A stretch of 64,000 nucleotides of DNA from the human T2T-CHM13v2.0 reference genome, Homo sapiens (GCF_009914755.1 NC_060927.1), one strand, 5' to 3'; shown: positions 25,676 through 42,845, counted from the first letter of the stretch. Notes: generated from the letters alone by a model not told the origin. Program-made: numbers and translations.

Positions 25676-25966
25676 TTTTTTTCTTTTTTTTATGAGACAG
25701 AGTCTCACTCTGTCACCCAGGCTAGAGTGCAGTGACAATCTTGGCTCACTGCAGCCTCCACCTCCTGGGTTGAAACAATTCTTATGCCTCAGTCACCCAA
25801 GTAGCTGGGATTACAGGCATGTGCCACCATGCCAGGCTAATTTTTGTATTTTTAGTAGAGATGGGGTCTCACCATGTTGCCCAGGCTGGTCTGAAACTCC
25901 TGACCTCATGTATGCCTCAGCTTCCCAAAGTGCTGGGATTACAGGCATGAGCCACCACACCTGGCC
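25676..25966 (-). mobile_element. Alu SINE
   Basis: Reverse dimer; TSD CAGACATGTCTT. Confidence 0.95.
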
Positions 25967-25993
25967 CAGACATGTCTTAAAGAGAAAATAAGA

Positions 25994-26332
<339 letters not shown>

Positions 26333-27443
26333 TTATTGCTTTTTATCAAGGTGTGTAACAGTAATCGCTTCTAACAAATTTTCAGAGATATTTTAAAAGA
26401 ATTCATAATTTGTCTATTTCAGGATAGGCATGGGTCTAAATTATCAATCAACTCTTTGGCACTGGCTAAAATGAAAGGACAAACAGCAACTCACCTTCCT
26501 TTTCTATTCTGACCTCCCTGAATACTTCTTTCTTTATCTCTACAGCCATTCTAAGTATGGAAAACTGCTGATGGCCTTCTACCACAGTGTGATCCTACCC
26601 AGAAGGCTTCACCAGTCAAATGAAGTGGGAACAGCTATCTAATCTTTGTGACACATCTAAGGATTTCTAAATGTCAAGTATGAAAACCTGAAACAAAGAA
26701 ATAATTAGTGAAACATGTATCTCCAATTATTTTACTTCAAAACTCAGCTTTCATTTCTCAATTTCCTCAATTTTTTAATACAAGGTCACTTCCTTAACAA
26801 GGTTTTATAAAATACAACTTTCAAATTAAGAAGTAATGTGAAAAACTAAAATTGAAATCACGGGCAAAAGAAGTATGCTCACTATCATCACTGGCAGTAA
26901 ACATTATTTTATAAGTATTAGCCAACACAGTTAAATAAGTAATTGAAAATAAGAATATAAATACTGAAATGGAAGAAATAAAATTGTAATTATTTACAGA
27001 TGATGTGACAGTCTATCTGGAAACCCCAAAGTAATCTGTTGAAAAATCATTAAATAGTAAGATGTGTCTTAATGGAAATTGTTTACCGAATTAATACGCA
27101 AAATCAATACCTTCCCTTCACAGATATCTCCACAACTTTTATGCATAATGTGTTTCTGAAAGACACTACCAAAGCCAAACAATGAATATACACAATAAAG
27201 ACAAGACAGAATATGGAATATGACATAAAAAGTTTTATGAACATATTAAATAAAGGTATTTCTTTAGTAAATGAGATAGGAAGTAAGGCTAATAAAATGA
27301 AGCACTTACGTGTATTTTCACATTAACTCCTAAAAGCTAACATGTTCTTTTCCTCTGGCTCCTAAATTCCTTCTTTCACAGCAGGAATTAAAAGAGAAGT
27401 CATGGTACCTGTATGATACCTCATGGTCAAAATTTATCAGTCC

Positions 27444-27751
27444 TTTTTTTTTTTTTTTTTTTTTGAGATGGAGTCTCACTCTGTCACCTAGGCTGGAGTG
27501 CAGTGGCACAATCTTGGCTCACTGCAACCTCCATCTCCTGAGTTCAAGCGATCCTCCTGCCTCAGCCTCCTGAGTAGCTGGGATTACAGGCCTGTGCCAC
27601 CACACCTGGATAATTTTTGTATTTTGTATTTTTAGTAGAGATGGGGTTTCACCATATTGGTCAGGCTGGTCTCAAACTCCTGACCTCATGATCCGCCCAC
27701 CTTGGCCTCCCAAAGTGCGGGGATTACAGGTGTGAGCCACCACACCCAACC
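27444..27751 (-). mobile_element. AluS-type SINE
   Basis: Reverse dimer; TSD TATCAGTCCTTTTT. Confidence 0.95.
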
Positions 27752-28529
27752 TATCAGTCCTTTTTATACATCGATTTTTCTCATTATTGTATCATTATCT
27801 TAGATAAGTGTCTTCTCTCCAAAGGAATTTAGAAGCATATTTACTTGGTAATATCTTCACTAAAACTTAATCTAGTAATAGAGCTGAAGAGAATAATAGC
27901 TTTACTAAGTCCAAAGTCATAAGATGATTATAGAATCCCCATTTGCAACTCACTGTTTAGATATCTTATTTAGTGCTATCTTTCCAAAATTTAATATATG
28001 TCCCTTTTTGTTCATTTCCATCACAATTAAACACAGTTGCATATGTACAATGAGTACTCAGTTGAGGCTGGTTTGAGCTTTTTGGCAAGTCTGAATATTT
28101 TCATTTTTGCCTCAATTGTAACTAATTTTAGAAGACCTGTGCTTCTTATCACTAGTATCAGCATTTTCATTTTCCACTTTTCCCAGTCACTTTTTAAAAT
28201 TGTTAAGAAAAAATGCAACATGTAGTCAAGTATTTCCACAAACATAGACCCAAAAATATCCAGACGGCAAAATTCAACTACCAGCTGTTAAGGAGGCAGG
28301 TTAGCATTTAAAATAGCCTAAGTTGTGTGTTCATTAGCTGAGAGATGAAAACTTAAATTTGGCAAATGAAAATCAGTTTAGAGGTAGCATTACACTATAT
28401 GATATACAAATGTGCAAGTTGCATGAGACAAAGTCACAAAAGTTGAAAATGATTACAGAGACAATTTTTTAAAAATTATCACAATAGCAATAGAAAAGGT
28501 TAAAATTTAGGAATAAATTTGCTCAAGTT

Positions 28530-29060
28530 ATCTATTGTTTTGTAGTAAATCACCCCCAGATTTAGTGGTTTACAAAAACAATGATCATTTGGTTGTCTCT
28601 CATAATGTCTTAGGGCCAGGCACTCAGAAAGGCCTCAGCTCAAAGACTTTGGCTTAGGGCTTCCCTTGAAGTTGAGGTCAGATAGTGGCTGAAATTGAAG
28701 CAGCAGGGCACAGGAGCAGCAGGGCTTCCTCAGAAAGTGGCAGCCTCAAGGCAATTTGCAATCAGGCTTCTTACATGGCAACTGAAGGCCTTAAGAGAGA
28801 GCCTTCCACCTTTGCAAAAGTGAAATCTGCCTCATGACCTAGCCTTGAACGGAAAGGGAAAGTATTTTATGTCATACAAAGCCTAGCCTCTGAAGTCATG
28901 AAGAATCACTTCCATTGCTTTCTTTTGTTGCGAGTGAGTTGCAAACCCACCCAATTGAAGGAGAGGAGAATTTGACTTTACCTCTTGATGGAGGCAAGGC
29001 AAGAGTTGCAAGGTATGGTGAATATATTGCAATTTTCTTTGGGAAAAAAAATCAGCCACC
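28530..29060. mobile_element. Old MaLR LTR (MLT1-like)
   Basis: AGTTATCTATTG...TTAGTGGTTTA start and CTAGCCTCTGAAGTCA...TTGACTTTACCTCTTGATGG later, typical of MLT1. Confidence 0.6.
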
Positions 29061-30686
29061 AAATCTACAATGAAATGTGCAGAACCCACATGGAGAGAAC
29101 TATATAACCATATTTAAAGTAAGTTTAAAAAGAGAATGTTAATAATCACATTTAAAAATGTTTAACATTATATACCAATAAGAAATTTCAAATTAAAACA
29201 ATGATGATACACCACTACAGGCCTCTTAGAATGGTCAAAATTCAAAACTCTAACAACGCTAAATGCTGACAAGGATGTGGAGCAACAGGAACTCTTAGCT
29301 ATTGCTGGTGGGAATGCAAGAGTGCAGCCAGTTTGAAAGACAGTTTGGCAGCTTCTTCCAAAACTAAACATATTTGTATCATATGATCCAGCAATTGATA
29401 CAGGTATATGAGAACTCTCTAAACCTTCAGCTCAATTTGCTATGACCCTAAAACTGCCCCAAAAAATATAGCCTATTTTTTTAAGAAAAAGAGAGGGAGA
29501 AGATACAGGTTGATAGATGTTCTTGAGTGGTAGAACATATCATATCATGAGATGCCATTGTCCCCAAAGTAAATTTATCAGTTTAACACAATCTCAATCT
29601 AAACTCCAATGGGATTTTATTTTGAAACTTCACAAAATGATTTTAAAGTTGGTCTTGAAGAGTAAACTGTTAACCTGAAGACTTAAAGAGTCAAAGGCCA
29701 AAGGAAATGACCAACTTCCTAGGAGTGCTGTGAACACTGAAGGAATCAACAGAGGTAGAGCACTTGGAAAACATCTGGACTAGAATAAGTGCTCAGTAAA
29801 TGTTAACTATTCTCACCATTATTGGACTGAAAAACATGGGATTACTCCTAATATAATTCTCCTCATGGTAGAAAACAGAATGAAAATGACTTAAGGTGAA
29901 ATATCTGGGACTAATGTGTCCTGTAGTAAAAGAAAGGAAAGAAATGGTTTGTTAAGTAGAGGGAGAAGTGAAATCTAGAGGGTGAGTTTTAAGATAAAAT
30001 TAAACCATATCTGTGTGCTGCGTGTATGAGTCTGTTAGAAGGGAAAATATGATGATATATGAGAGTAAAGGGATAATTTCTGGATTCCTTCCCTTCAATA
30101 GGAAATAGGGAATAAAATACATGAATATAGTAGACAAGCGGAGGAATGGTTCTGGCCTAGCCATTTATTCTTACTCTCAAGAGAGGGGACAACCTATATG
30201 GGCACAGACGCTAGTAGGAAGGTATGTAATCAAACATGGTAGATGAGAATCCCCAGAAACTGCAAGCTAACAACCTCCCTAAATGATTGTTATTCTTAAT
30301 AGAGTTTGAAAACCACTGCTCTATACAAACACATTCATGTATGGGAAACTGAGGCTTAAAAAAACCAAAGTAATTGTCTAAGATTGAATATCTCTTTTGT
30401 AGCATCATCAAGATGACGTTCCAGTCTTTTTTGTTTTCATTATACAAAAACTAATAAAGTGACAGTGAGTTTTATACAGAGTTATTAAAGGTTATTCTAC
30501 AACCATGTAGTCATTTAGACCTAATATGGACAATCTAAATCAAATTTTCCAGCTTTTACAATTCACTGTGAAATATGACAGTAAGTTAGTAGTATTAAAG
30601 CCTAAACTGAAGACTGCCTGAAACTCCAAAAAACACAGATAAAAATAGTTTCCTATATTTTATACAAAATAATGCCATTATTGGCA

Positions 30687-31782
30687 TTAGTTCCAACTTA
30701 TGTAGAATATGCAGTGTTTGGTTTTCTGCTCCTGCATTACTTTGCTGAGGATAACAGCTTCCAGCTCCATCCATGTCAATATTGCTCCTTTTTATGGCTG
30801 CATAGTATTCCATCATGTGCATGTAGCACATTTTCTTTATCCAGTCTACCATCGATGAGCATTTGGGTTGATTCCATGTCTTTACTATTGTGAATAGTGC
30901 TGCAATGAACATATGTGTGCATGTATCTTTATAATAGAATGATTTATATTTCTTTGGATATATACCCCATAATGGGATTGATGCGTCAAATGGTATTTCT
31001 GCTTCTAGATCTTTGAGGAATTGCCATACTGTCTTCCACAATGGTTGAACTAATTTACACACCCATTAACAGGGTAAAAGTGTTCCTTTTTCTCTGCAAC
31101 TTTGCCAGCATCTGTTGTTTCATGACTTTTTAATCATTGCCATTCTGACTGGCAAGAGATGATATCTCGTTGTTGTTCTGATTTGCATTTCTCTAATGAT
31201 TAGTGATGTTGAGCATTTTTATTGATTTTTGACCACAAAAATATCTTCTTTTGAGAAACTGCATGAGCATGCAGTTTGAGAAGAGTCTATTCATGTCCTT
31301 TGCCCACTTTTTAATGGGGTTGCTTTTTTCTTGTACATTTGTTTAAGTTCCTGTGGACCCTGGATATTAAACCTTTGTCAAATGGATAGATTGCAAAAAT
31401 ATTCTCCTATTCTGTAGGTTGTCTTTTCATTCTGATGATAGTTTTTTTTGCTGTGCAGAGGCTCTTTAGTTTAATTACATCCCATTTGTCAATTTTTGCT
31501 TTTGTTGCAATTGCTTTTGGCATTTTTGTCATGAAATCTTTGCCCATGTCTATGTCCTGAATGGTATTACCTAGATTTTTTTCCAGGGTTTTTATAGTTT
31601 TGGGTTTTACATTTAAGTATTGAATTCATTTTGAGTTAATTTTTGTATAAGGCATAAGAAAGGGGTCCAGTTTCAATTTTCTGCATATGCCTAGCCAGTT
31701 TTCCCAGCACCATTTATTAAATAGGGAATCCCTTCCCTATTGCTTGTTTTTGTCAGGTTTGTCGAAGATCAGATGGTTGTAG
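30687..31782 (-). mobile_element. Internal LINE-1 (older L1PA) ORF2 3' fragment without tail
   Basis: ORF 30595-31062 encodes [12 protein letters not shown]...; no 3'-UTR end, poly(A) or TSD is visible. Confidence 0.9.
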
Positions 31783-31847
31783 AGCAACACACTATTAATG
31801 AAGAATCTCCTTAAGCATGTGATGTAATGCCCTCTCATACTAATGAG

Positions 31848-31914
31848 AATGCTAATATTTCTCTAATTAAAAATTTGGAATACTAATATTTCTCTGATTA
31901 AAAATTTGGAATAC
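31848..31914. repeat. 31-bp tandem duplication
   Basis: AAT(G/A)CTAATATTTCTCT(A/G)ATTAAAAATTTGG twice, with 2 mismatches. Confidence 0.9.
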
Positions 31915-32112
31915 ATTCTTCTATGCACTACCACCACCCTATCAAAAGGATCACAGAGAAAGATATGGAAGGTTAGTATCCAGAGAAGAAAGTGGAAAGA
32001 CATACAACTTAAAGCCCAAATAACTGAAGATATTTAGTATAAGGTATCTGAAAACCAAGCTATCCATTTACTGGGCTGAAAAGTCAGTCTCTAGGTGTGA
32101 GAGTTGATTCCC

Positions 32113-32166
32113 CTCTCTCTCTCCTTCTGTGTGTGTGTGTCTGTGTGTGTGTGTGTGTGTGTGTGT
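32113..32166. repeat. (CT)n/(TG)n microsatellite
   Basis: Read directly from the sequence. Confidence 0.95.
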
Positions 32167-34859
32167 ATTTGTGCTGGTGATAAGATGGCCAAAGGTTACA
32201 TCAATAGAGAGGCATCCCCCACTATTTAAAAAAACACACATATAAACAACCACGCAACTGTTCTAGAATCAATTACTAACATAATTCATATCTCACACTG
32301 TCAGTATATAATGATCTTTTAATAGTAAGTCCTTGTTGATTTCAACTCTATGATATATGAAAAACTCTATTACTGAGCCCCTGAACTACACAAACTAGTT
32401 ATATCCCTGTACTGACTAAAAGTGTGTTTACAATAGTTATTGATAGTCTTGTTTTCAACTCTTCAAAGAGATTTACCGGACTTTGTGACATAACCTCCGC
32501 ATCAAAAGTGAAGCAGTTGCAGACCCACAGCATCTACCCTTCCTGGAATGAGGATATGGCAGAAGTGAGCAAGATGCTTGGAATCACCTGCACCAGAGGG
32601 AAGGGGACAAGGATGAGGCAAATATCAAAATCAAGACAGAATATCTCAGAACAGAGCATTCTAGAAAGACCATGCAAGCCATCTGCTGGGGCCTGAGATG
32701 TTGAAATTTGTGAGCTCGGCCCACATCCATCTTCAAGTTATAGGTCCAGGCATTAGAATCCTGCACCCTAAACTCTACACTCTATACAGGCAAGGAGCAC
32801 ATGTGGTTTTGTTTACCAAGGTAGTCCTAACACTTAGCATGGTGCCTGATTCACTGAAGGTACACAATAAGCCTATGTTAAATTGGTAATGAGTAAATGA
32901 ATGAAATGAATAAACGGTGACCACTCCCTTGGGTGGCAACTGGTCAATCCAAATAGTCTTCATCTCTCTTGAAGAAATGAAATATGTGTTGCTAGGAAAA
33001 TTACAAAGGCAGTAGCAAGAAGCAATAAAGGAAAAGTCACAAATTAAGGAGACGCAGTGCAGTTAAGAGGAGGAAAGTTGGTCAATAGTGTAGAATAAAT
33101 AAGAACAGAAGCAAAGAAGCATCTACATAAAAACACAGCCACAGAAGTCATTAACAACCAGCAGATAGCCAGTAGTAAAGTAGAAAGATGAAGCAGCGAT
33201 GTCTGGCAGAGTTGTACTTTTGTCGCCAGAGCCACTGTCAAAGTATTAAAGAATTGCCTTCAGCAAAAGAGGCGCTGCCTTGCCATCAAGGTCATGCAAA
33301 TCTCTTTCCTGATGGAATGAGGGAAGCCCAAGACCAAAGGAAAATATGAGGATACAGAAGAGTATCTCCTTTACCTTAAGATGAAACTAACTATGGTGTT
33401 ATGAGCTCACCATGGCATCAGGCTGAAGGTGATCTTGAGCAGAGGCCTTGCTTCACTCCTTCCTTCACTCCAGGGAACACTCAAAACTCGTGTGCACAAG
33501 AATACACACTTCAGGCTCTGCTTTTAGGGAATCCAACCTCAGGCATCTACTAAGTGCCAGACCCAAGGCCATCCACTTGGGAGCACAGTGGTGAGCAGCA
33601 GAGGAGCTCTTCCACCTGGAACTTCCAAATCTAGCAAAGGTTGGGAGATAGATATTAAACCACAACTTAACCACAGAAAATATTTATTTATAATTTCCAC
33701 TATTTTGGTGAAGGAAAGTGACACTACCAATGAGACATAGCAACTGGAAAATTACAAAATTCAGAGTCAGCTATGAGATTCCAGATGGATGATTAAATAT
33801 TAGACATTTTCTACTGGAAATACTAACTACAACTGAAGATCAAAGGAAAACGTTTTGTTCTTCCTTTATGTACCATTGATTGAAGATAACCACAGGCTCC
33901 TACCTCAAATTCAGGATGTCATTTTCTCTCCTTCACAATAGAGCATTTTCTTTTTCTGTTAATCTAAAGAAATATACTTTAAATGAGTCAGAAAATTTCT
34001 GCCCTTAGAATTATATATGTGTGGGAATCCAGGAAATAAACACACAGGAAGAGAGAGCTTGTGCACACACCTCAGGAAAATATGTGATGCTCAAACCATA
34101 TGCTTTCAGTTTGTCTTACAATTTCATAGACTCTTGTACAATTTCTACACCATAAAAAGTTTAGGTAACTAAGAACATCCCTGTAAAACCTAAATGCAAA
34201 GGATATAAATTGTAGCAGTGTGCTGAGAAAGTGAGAGTTACATAGCTAACTGGATTGGCAACCATGATAATTGAATAAAAGCACTTTCTTATTACCTACA
34301 AATTCTTTTCAGTTAGGTAAGAGAAAGCAGCTTGGCTGCTCTTCCAGAATCAGGTCTTAGAGATACATGAGCCCAGAGAGTTTAAAGGTGAAGATTAAAT
34401 ACAGAGGCATGTGAATGTTCTATAATGAAGAGCCTACCTGAAAGGATTGCAGTGGGATTTGTTTATAGTGTCCTCAAGCAGTATGGCAGCGTTTTTAATC
34501 TACATTACTTAGGAGACATAGTTTACTGTCCATATCTCAGAGACTTCCTATTCTGAAGATGTTCTGCATGTAGAAATCTTCTCAGAAGAGTTCACCATTG
34601 CTGACTTCCATTAGCAGGAAAATTTCTAAGAAACAGCAATGGAATTATGCCCAAGAGGAAGACTTCAAGCTATAACCAAGTATTTATCAAGGCAGATCAC
34701 TCTCTGAGTAGAAATTTTAAAGGCTTTTAAAACACAGAGGTAGCACTGATTTCATCCAACTCTAGTACTAGTACTGCTGGGCCCCCACTTTTCCTCATAA
34801 TACCAAGTCAACTAAAAGCTTCCATTTCTAGAAGAATTATAAGAGAAGGAAAAATGATT

Positions 34860-35115
34860 GGGGTAGTGACAATACTGGATAGAACAGCATCATGGGCTCT
34901 AGATTCAAACAGGACTGAGAGTAAGTCCAAATTCTCCCACTCACTCGCTGAGTCAACTTGAGCAAGTTGCTTATTTTCTCTGTACCTCAGTTTCCTCATT
35001 TGTAAAATGGGAATAACAACAGGACCTACTCACAGGATGATGATAATGATTAAATGTCATCTTCAATGCATAGCACTTAGTACACTGCTTATCACACAAG
35101 AGGTGCTCAACAACC
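34860..35115 (+). mobile_element. MIR
   Basis: CTCTGTACCTCAGTTTCCTCATTTGTAAAATGGGAATAACA core. Confidence 0.85.
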
Positions 35116-35799
35116 TCCTTCATGTACTCCACACTTATTCAATAAGTATTTATTGAATAGCTACTATGTGCCATGCATTATGCCTCTGTTGCACTTATGA
35201 AGTCAACTTTCTCATAGAACATTATGTAGACTTAATGATGGTGAGGATAAAGATGCTGATGATTATGATGGGGTGATGATGATGATGATGGTGATGAAAA
35301 CACAACACAAATAGAAAATTACTATGTGCCTCTGAATAGCCACAGTGATTTTCTCTTCAAAGTTTTACCTCAAATACTCTTAAAAATCAGGCAGTGTTAT
35401 AATTGAGATTTAACTGACTCACTTGGGGATGAGATCAGGCTGAATTTTATCCCCTGTTCTATAGCCACAAAGGGCCTCCTAAGCTAATTAATGCTATAAA
35501 CAAGATGGGAGGGGAATTTTGCCTGCATCACAGAGCAGTTGTTTCCAAGCACTTTCGCCTGTAATTTTCAAACAAGCACTGTAATTGCGAAGTAAGCAGA
35601 AGCCAGCATTGCTAAGCCTGGCTTTGTACTCATTACCAGTCACCATTATCCGCTCATTAATGCTGGTCCTAGAGCTGGCAAAAGCCCACTCAGCCTCATC
35701 CTAGTTACTGTGCTCAAATGCAATGGAGCAAAAACCATTACGATTATCTACTGCACTAATTCAAAGCTATGGGATACGGCAGTAGGTAAAACCACTGCC

Positions 35800-36035
35800 T
35801 CTAGTGTCTACCTGCATGGATTCAAGTCCAATTTGAGTCCACTTTGTCCTGTACAATATTGGTCACCTTATTTAACTTATGTGAACCTAGATGGGAGTCT
35901 TCCACTGTACCATGTGGATAATGACAGTACCTATCTAGTAGAATTATCATCTGGTTTAAAGAGATAATCCATGTAAATCATTTAGCACAGGGTTGGCCCA
36001 TAGTAAGCACTTAACAAAACCTAGCTGCTACTATT
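35800..36035 (+). mobile_element. MIR
   Basis: GAGATAATCCATGTAAATCATTTAGCACAGGGTTGGCCCATAGTAAGCACTTAACAAA 3' end. Confidence 0.75.
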
Positions 36036-37036
36036 TTATATAATGATCATCACTATTCTGACCATCAAATGGAATCAGCAAGACTACAATGGGTAAGGAA
36101 AGAGCCTTATTTTGAGAAGAAAAAAAGGTCTCCAAATTTTCAGAACGAGAAAAATAGTGGAAGAGAAAATATCCATGCTCCATCTCATTATTAAATATTG
36201 TACTAACATCCTCAAAGGAAAGTCTCATGCATTTCTTACAAATATGAAAAAAATCCTAGAGGAGAATTATACTGTCACCTTATGTCAGCATCCTACATTT
36301 AAAATAAATTAATAAAACAACTTAAAGAATTGTTTGCATCTAGGTTGCCAAAAGACCAATTTTTATTTTACTTATTTATTTGGCCAAGGGAGGCACAGGG
36401 TAGGAAAGAGCTGGATTTGTCAGTCAGGTTTATTGATCTCTCTAAGTGCATTATCAAGCTAAGATGTGTAGTCACCAACTAGCTGACTTGGCGAGCAAAC
36501 CAAGTCCCAAGGGATTTCATTTTCACCTTAGAAAGCAGACTTTCAAAGTCAAGGTAATTCTGTTAGGCTTTCATACTGTATTCCTCCTTCAACTAAATCT
36601 AAGATATCACAGCATTAACTTACCAGTGGAAAAAAATGGGGATACAGTTTCTAAATTTTTAAATGTTATCTACTTACTAAGGCATGCTTCTTAGCCACAA
36701 CAATTTTTTTAACCATTCCAGACAAAAAATACCTCCAAATCCACTTTGCAGTAACAAAACTCTATAATTAAATGTAGATTATTTTAACACAATCATGTAA
36801 AAAATAAATAAATAATTTTTAAAAAAGAAAATATTTGGACATTTCTGAACCAAATGTTGAAAGAGCCACAGTACAACTCTTTGTTTTGTTTCATCTTGCT
36901 TGAAGCTGTAGCTCAATTTGGAGAGTTCCTTAGTTACAGAGTAGTTTTTTTTTCGCTCCAAGTAGATATTCCATTTGCTTTTCTCGCACTCTCTTCTCCC
37001 AGGTAAAGTTGCCTTTCTCTGCATGTCCAGCACTTG

Positions 37037-39420
<2,384 letters not shown>

Positions 39421-40220
39421 GTTGTTCTTTCTAAAATGATTTGGGACCTGGGCAGCTTCACTCTTGTACTTGACAAATAATCATTCTTGATTGAGAAACA
39501 GAAGAAAACTGAAAATACTTAAAACATTTAAAATATGAAGCCGCTCCACTGTGATACACAGTTGTGGAAACACAGGCATTTCATGAAAAAGTACTTCAGA
39601 GTAAAACCTGTGTGTAAGCAAGCAATATTTAGCCTTCATTTATCTCCCCTTCACCAAAATGGGGAGACAGAACACTTCAAAGAAGCAAGAAACCTGCTCT
39701 CCGGATTTCACAGCAGGTAGAAAGGGACACCTAATTAACCAGTGGCCTGTTCCTCTTGATGAAATGTGCATATCACACAGTCATGATTGAATGACACTCA
39801 CATTAGCCCAAGGAAAAGTTCAGAAACTCCATGACCAGCTCAACATTAAGGGGGCAGGATCAAAGATGACTAACATTGAAGATTTCACATCAAAAGGAAG
39901 CAACCCTGAGAGAAAAATAAGCCCTCTTCTACACCTATCTTCTTAATGGGAAAAAATTTAGATGTGTCCCTAAAATTTTAAGAGCATTTAGCTCTTTTAG
40001 CAACAAAAATTCTATAAGTAATCAAAAAATAATGTATTGTGCAATTCAAATAAAGTAGAAAGGAAAGGCATTGATCTAATGTCTATAAAGTGCAGTAAGA
40101 GCACTTTCTATTTTTAATGGCACCTGTCACAATTTTATGAAATGCCCATAGTTTGTCTGAATCACATGAGGGGGATATACATGTGTGCCTTCTTAGACTT
40201 CATCTAAACCCATTTCAGAA

Positions 40221-42845
40221 GCAGAAGACAAAAGGCACGTCTTACATCGCAGCGGGCAAGTGAGAGAATGAGAGGCAAGCCAAACAGATTTCCCCTTACC
40301 AAACCATCAGATCTCATAAGACTTATTCACTACCATGAAAACAGGATGGGAGAAACCGCCCCATGATTCAATTATCTCCCACTGCATCCCTCCAACAACA
40401 CATAGGAATTATGGGAGTACAATTCAAGATGAGATTTAGGTGGGGACACAGAGCCAAACTGTATAATTCCACCCCTGGTCCCTGCCAAATCTCATGTTCT
40501 CACATTTCAAAACCAATCATGCCTTCCCAACAGTCCCCCAAAGTCTTAACTCATTTCAGCATTAACTCAAAAGTCCACAGTTTAAAGTCTCATCTGAGAC
40601 AACATAAGTCCGTTCCACCTATGAGCCTGTAAAATCAAAAGCGAATTAGTTAGTTCCTAGATATAGAGGGAGTACAGGCATTGGGTAAATATAAATACAC
40701 CCATTCCATATGGGAGAAATTGGCCAAAACAAAGGGGCTCCCGGCCCCATGCAAGTTCTAAATCCAGCAGGGCAGTCAAATCTTAAAGATCCAAAATGAT
40801 CTCCTTCGACTCCATGTCTCACATCCAGGTCACACTGATGCAAGAGGTGGGTTTCCATGGTTGTGGGCAGCTCCATCCCTGTGGCTTTGCAGGGTATAGC
40901 CCCCCTCGTGGCTGCTTTCATGGGCTGGTGTTGAGTGTCTGTGGCTTTTCCAGGCGCACAGTGCAAGCTGTCGGTGGAGCTACCATTCTGGGGTCTGGAG
41001 GACAGTAGCCCTCTTCTCACAGCTCCACTAGGTGGTACCCCAGCAGGGACTCTGTGTGGGGTTCCCAACCCTCATTTCCTTTCTGCACTGCCCTAGCAGA
41101 GATTCTCCATGAGGGCCCCACCCCTGCAGCAAACTTTTGCCTCAGCATCCAGGTGTTTCCATACATCTTCTGAAATCTAGATAGAGGTTTGCAAACCTCA
41201 ATTCTTGACTTCCGTGCACCCACAAGCTCAATACCACGTGGAAGCTGCCAAGGCTTGAGGCTTCCACCCTCTGAAGCAACAGCCCAAGCTATACCTTGGC
41301 CCCTTTTAGTCATGGCTGGAGTGGCTGGGATGCAGGGTACCAAATTTCTAGACTGCACACAGCACAGGGACCCTGGGCTCAGCCCATGAAACTATTTTCT
41401 CTTAGGCCTCCAGGCCTGTGAGAAGAGGGGCTACTGTGAAGACCTCTGACGTGGCCTGGAGACATTTTACCCCATTGTTTGGGGATTAACATTTGACTCC
41501 TCCTTACTTATGCAAATTTTTGCAGCCAGCTTGAATTTCTCCTCAGAAAATGGGTTTTTCTTTTTCTATCACGTTGTCAGGCTGCAAATTTTTCAAACTT
41601 TTATGCTTTGCTTCCCTTATGAAACTGAATGCCTTTAATAACACCCAAGTCACTTCTTGGATGCTTTGCTGCTTAGAAATTTCTTCTGCTAGATACCCTA
41701 AATCATCTCTCTCAAATTCAAACTTCCACAAATCACTAGAGCAGGGGGAAAATGCCACCTGTCTCTGCTAAAACACCTATGCTCCAGTTCCCAACAAGTT
41801 CCTCATCTTCATCTGAGACCACTTCAGCCTGGATCTTATTGTCCATATCACTATCAGGCTTTTGGTCAAAGCCATTTGTGATGGTTAATACTGAGTGTCA
41901 ACTTGGTTGGATTAAAGGATACAAAGTATTGATCCCGGGTGTGCTGTGAGGGTGTTGCTAAAGGAGATTAATATTTGAGTCAGTGCAGCTGGGAAAGACA
42001 GACCTACCTTTAATCTGAGTGGGCACAATCTAATCAGCTGCCAGTGCAGCTAGAATATAAGTAGTCAGAAAAATGTGAAAAGAGAGACTGGCTTAGCCTC
42101 CCAGCCTATGTCTTTCTCCCATCCTGGATGCTTTCTGCCCTCGAACATCGGACTCCAGGTTCTTCAGTTTTGGAACTCGGACTGGTTCTTCTTGCTCCTC
42201 AGCCTGCAGATGGACAGTTGTGGGACCTTGTGGTCATGTGAGTTAAAACTTAATAAACTCCCCTTTATATATATAAATATCTATTCCATTACTTCTAGAG
42301 AACCCTAATACACCGTTAAACAAATCTCTGGGAGCTTCCAAACTTGCCCACATTTTTTTGTCTTCTTCTGAACCCTTCAAACTGTTCCGACCTCTGCCTG
42401 TTACCCAGTTCCGAAGTCACTTCCACATTTTCGGGTATCTTTTCAGCAGCACCCCACTCTACTGGTACCAATTTACTGTATTAGTTCATTTTCACACTGC
42501 TAATAAAGGCATACCCAAGATTGGGCAATTCACAAAAGAGAGAGATTTAACTGGACTTATGGTTCCACATGGCTGAGGAGGCCTCACAATCATGGTGGAA
42601 GGCAAAAGGCACATCTTACATAGATGGCAGCAGGCGAGATAGAGAATGAGAGGCAAGCGAAATGGGTTTCCCCTTACCAAACCATCAGATCTCCTAAGAC
42701 TTATTCACCTCCATGAGAACAGTATGGGAGAAACCATCCCCATGATTCAATTATCTCCCACTGCGTCCCTCCCATAACACATGGGAACTATGGGAGTACA
42801 ATTCAAGATGAGATTTAGATGGGGACACAGAGCCAAACCATATCA
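40221..42845 (-). mobile_element. THE1 (THE1C-like) MaLR: truncated LTR 40221-40466, internal region, full LTR 42477-42845
   Basis: Two matching LTR copies (GAGAGAATGAGAGGCAAGC...CCCCTTACCAAACCATCAGATCTC) and THE1-int ORF remnants. Confidence 0.9.
41877..42312 (+). mobile_element. MLT2A (HERV-L) solo LTR nested in THE1-int
   Basis: TGTGATGGTTAATACTGAGTGTCAACTTG...CCCTAATACA; 5-bp TSD CCATT/CCGTT; THE1-int text resumes after it. Confidence 0.9.
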
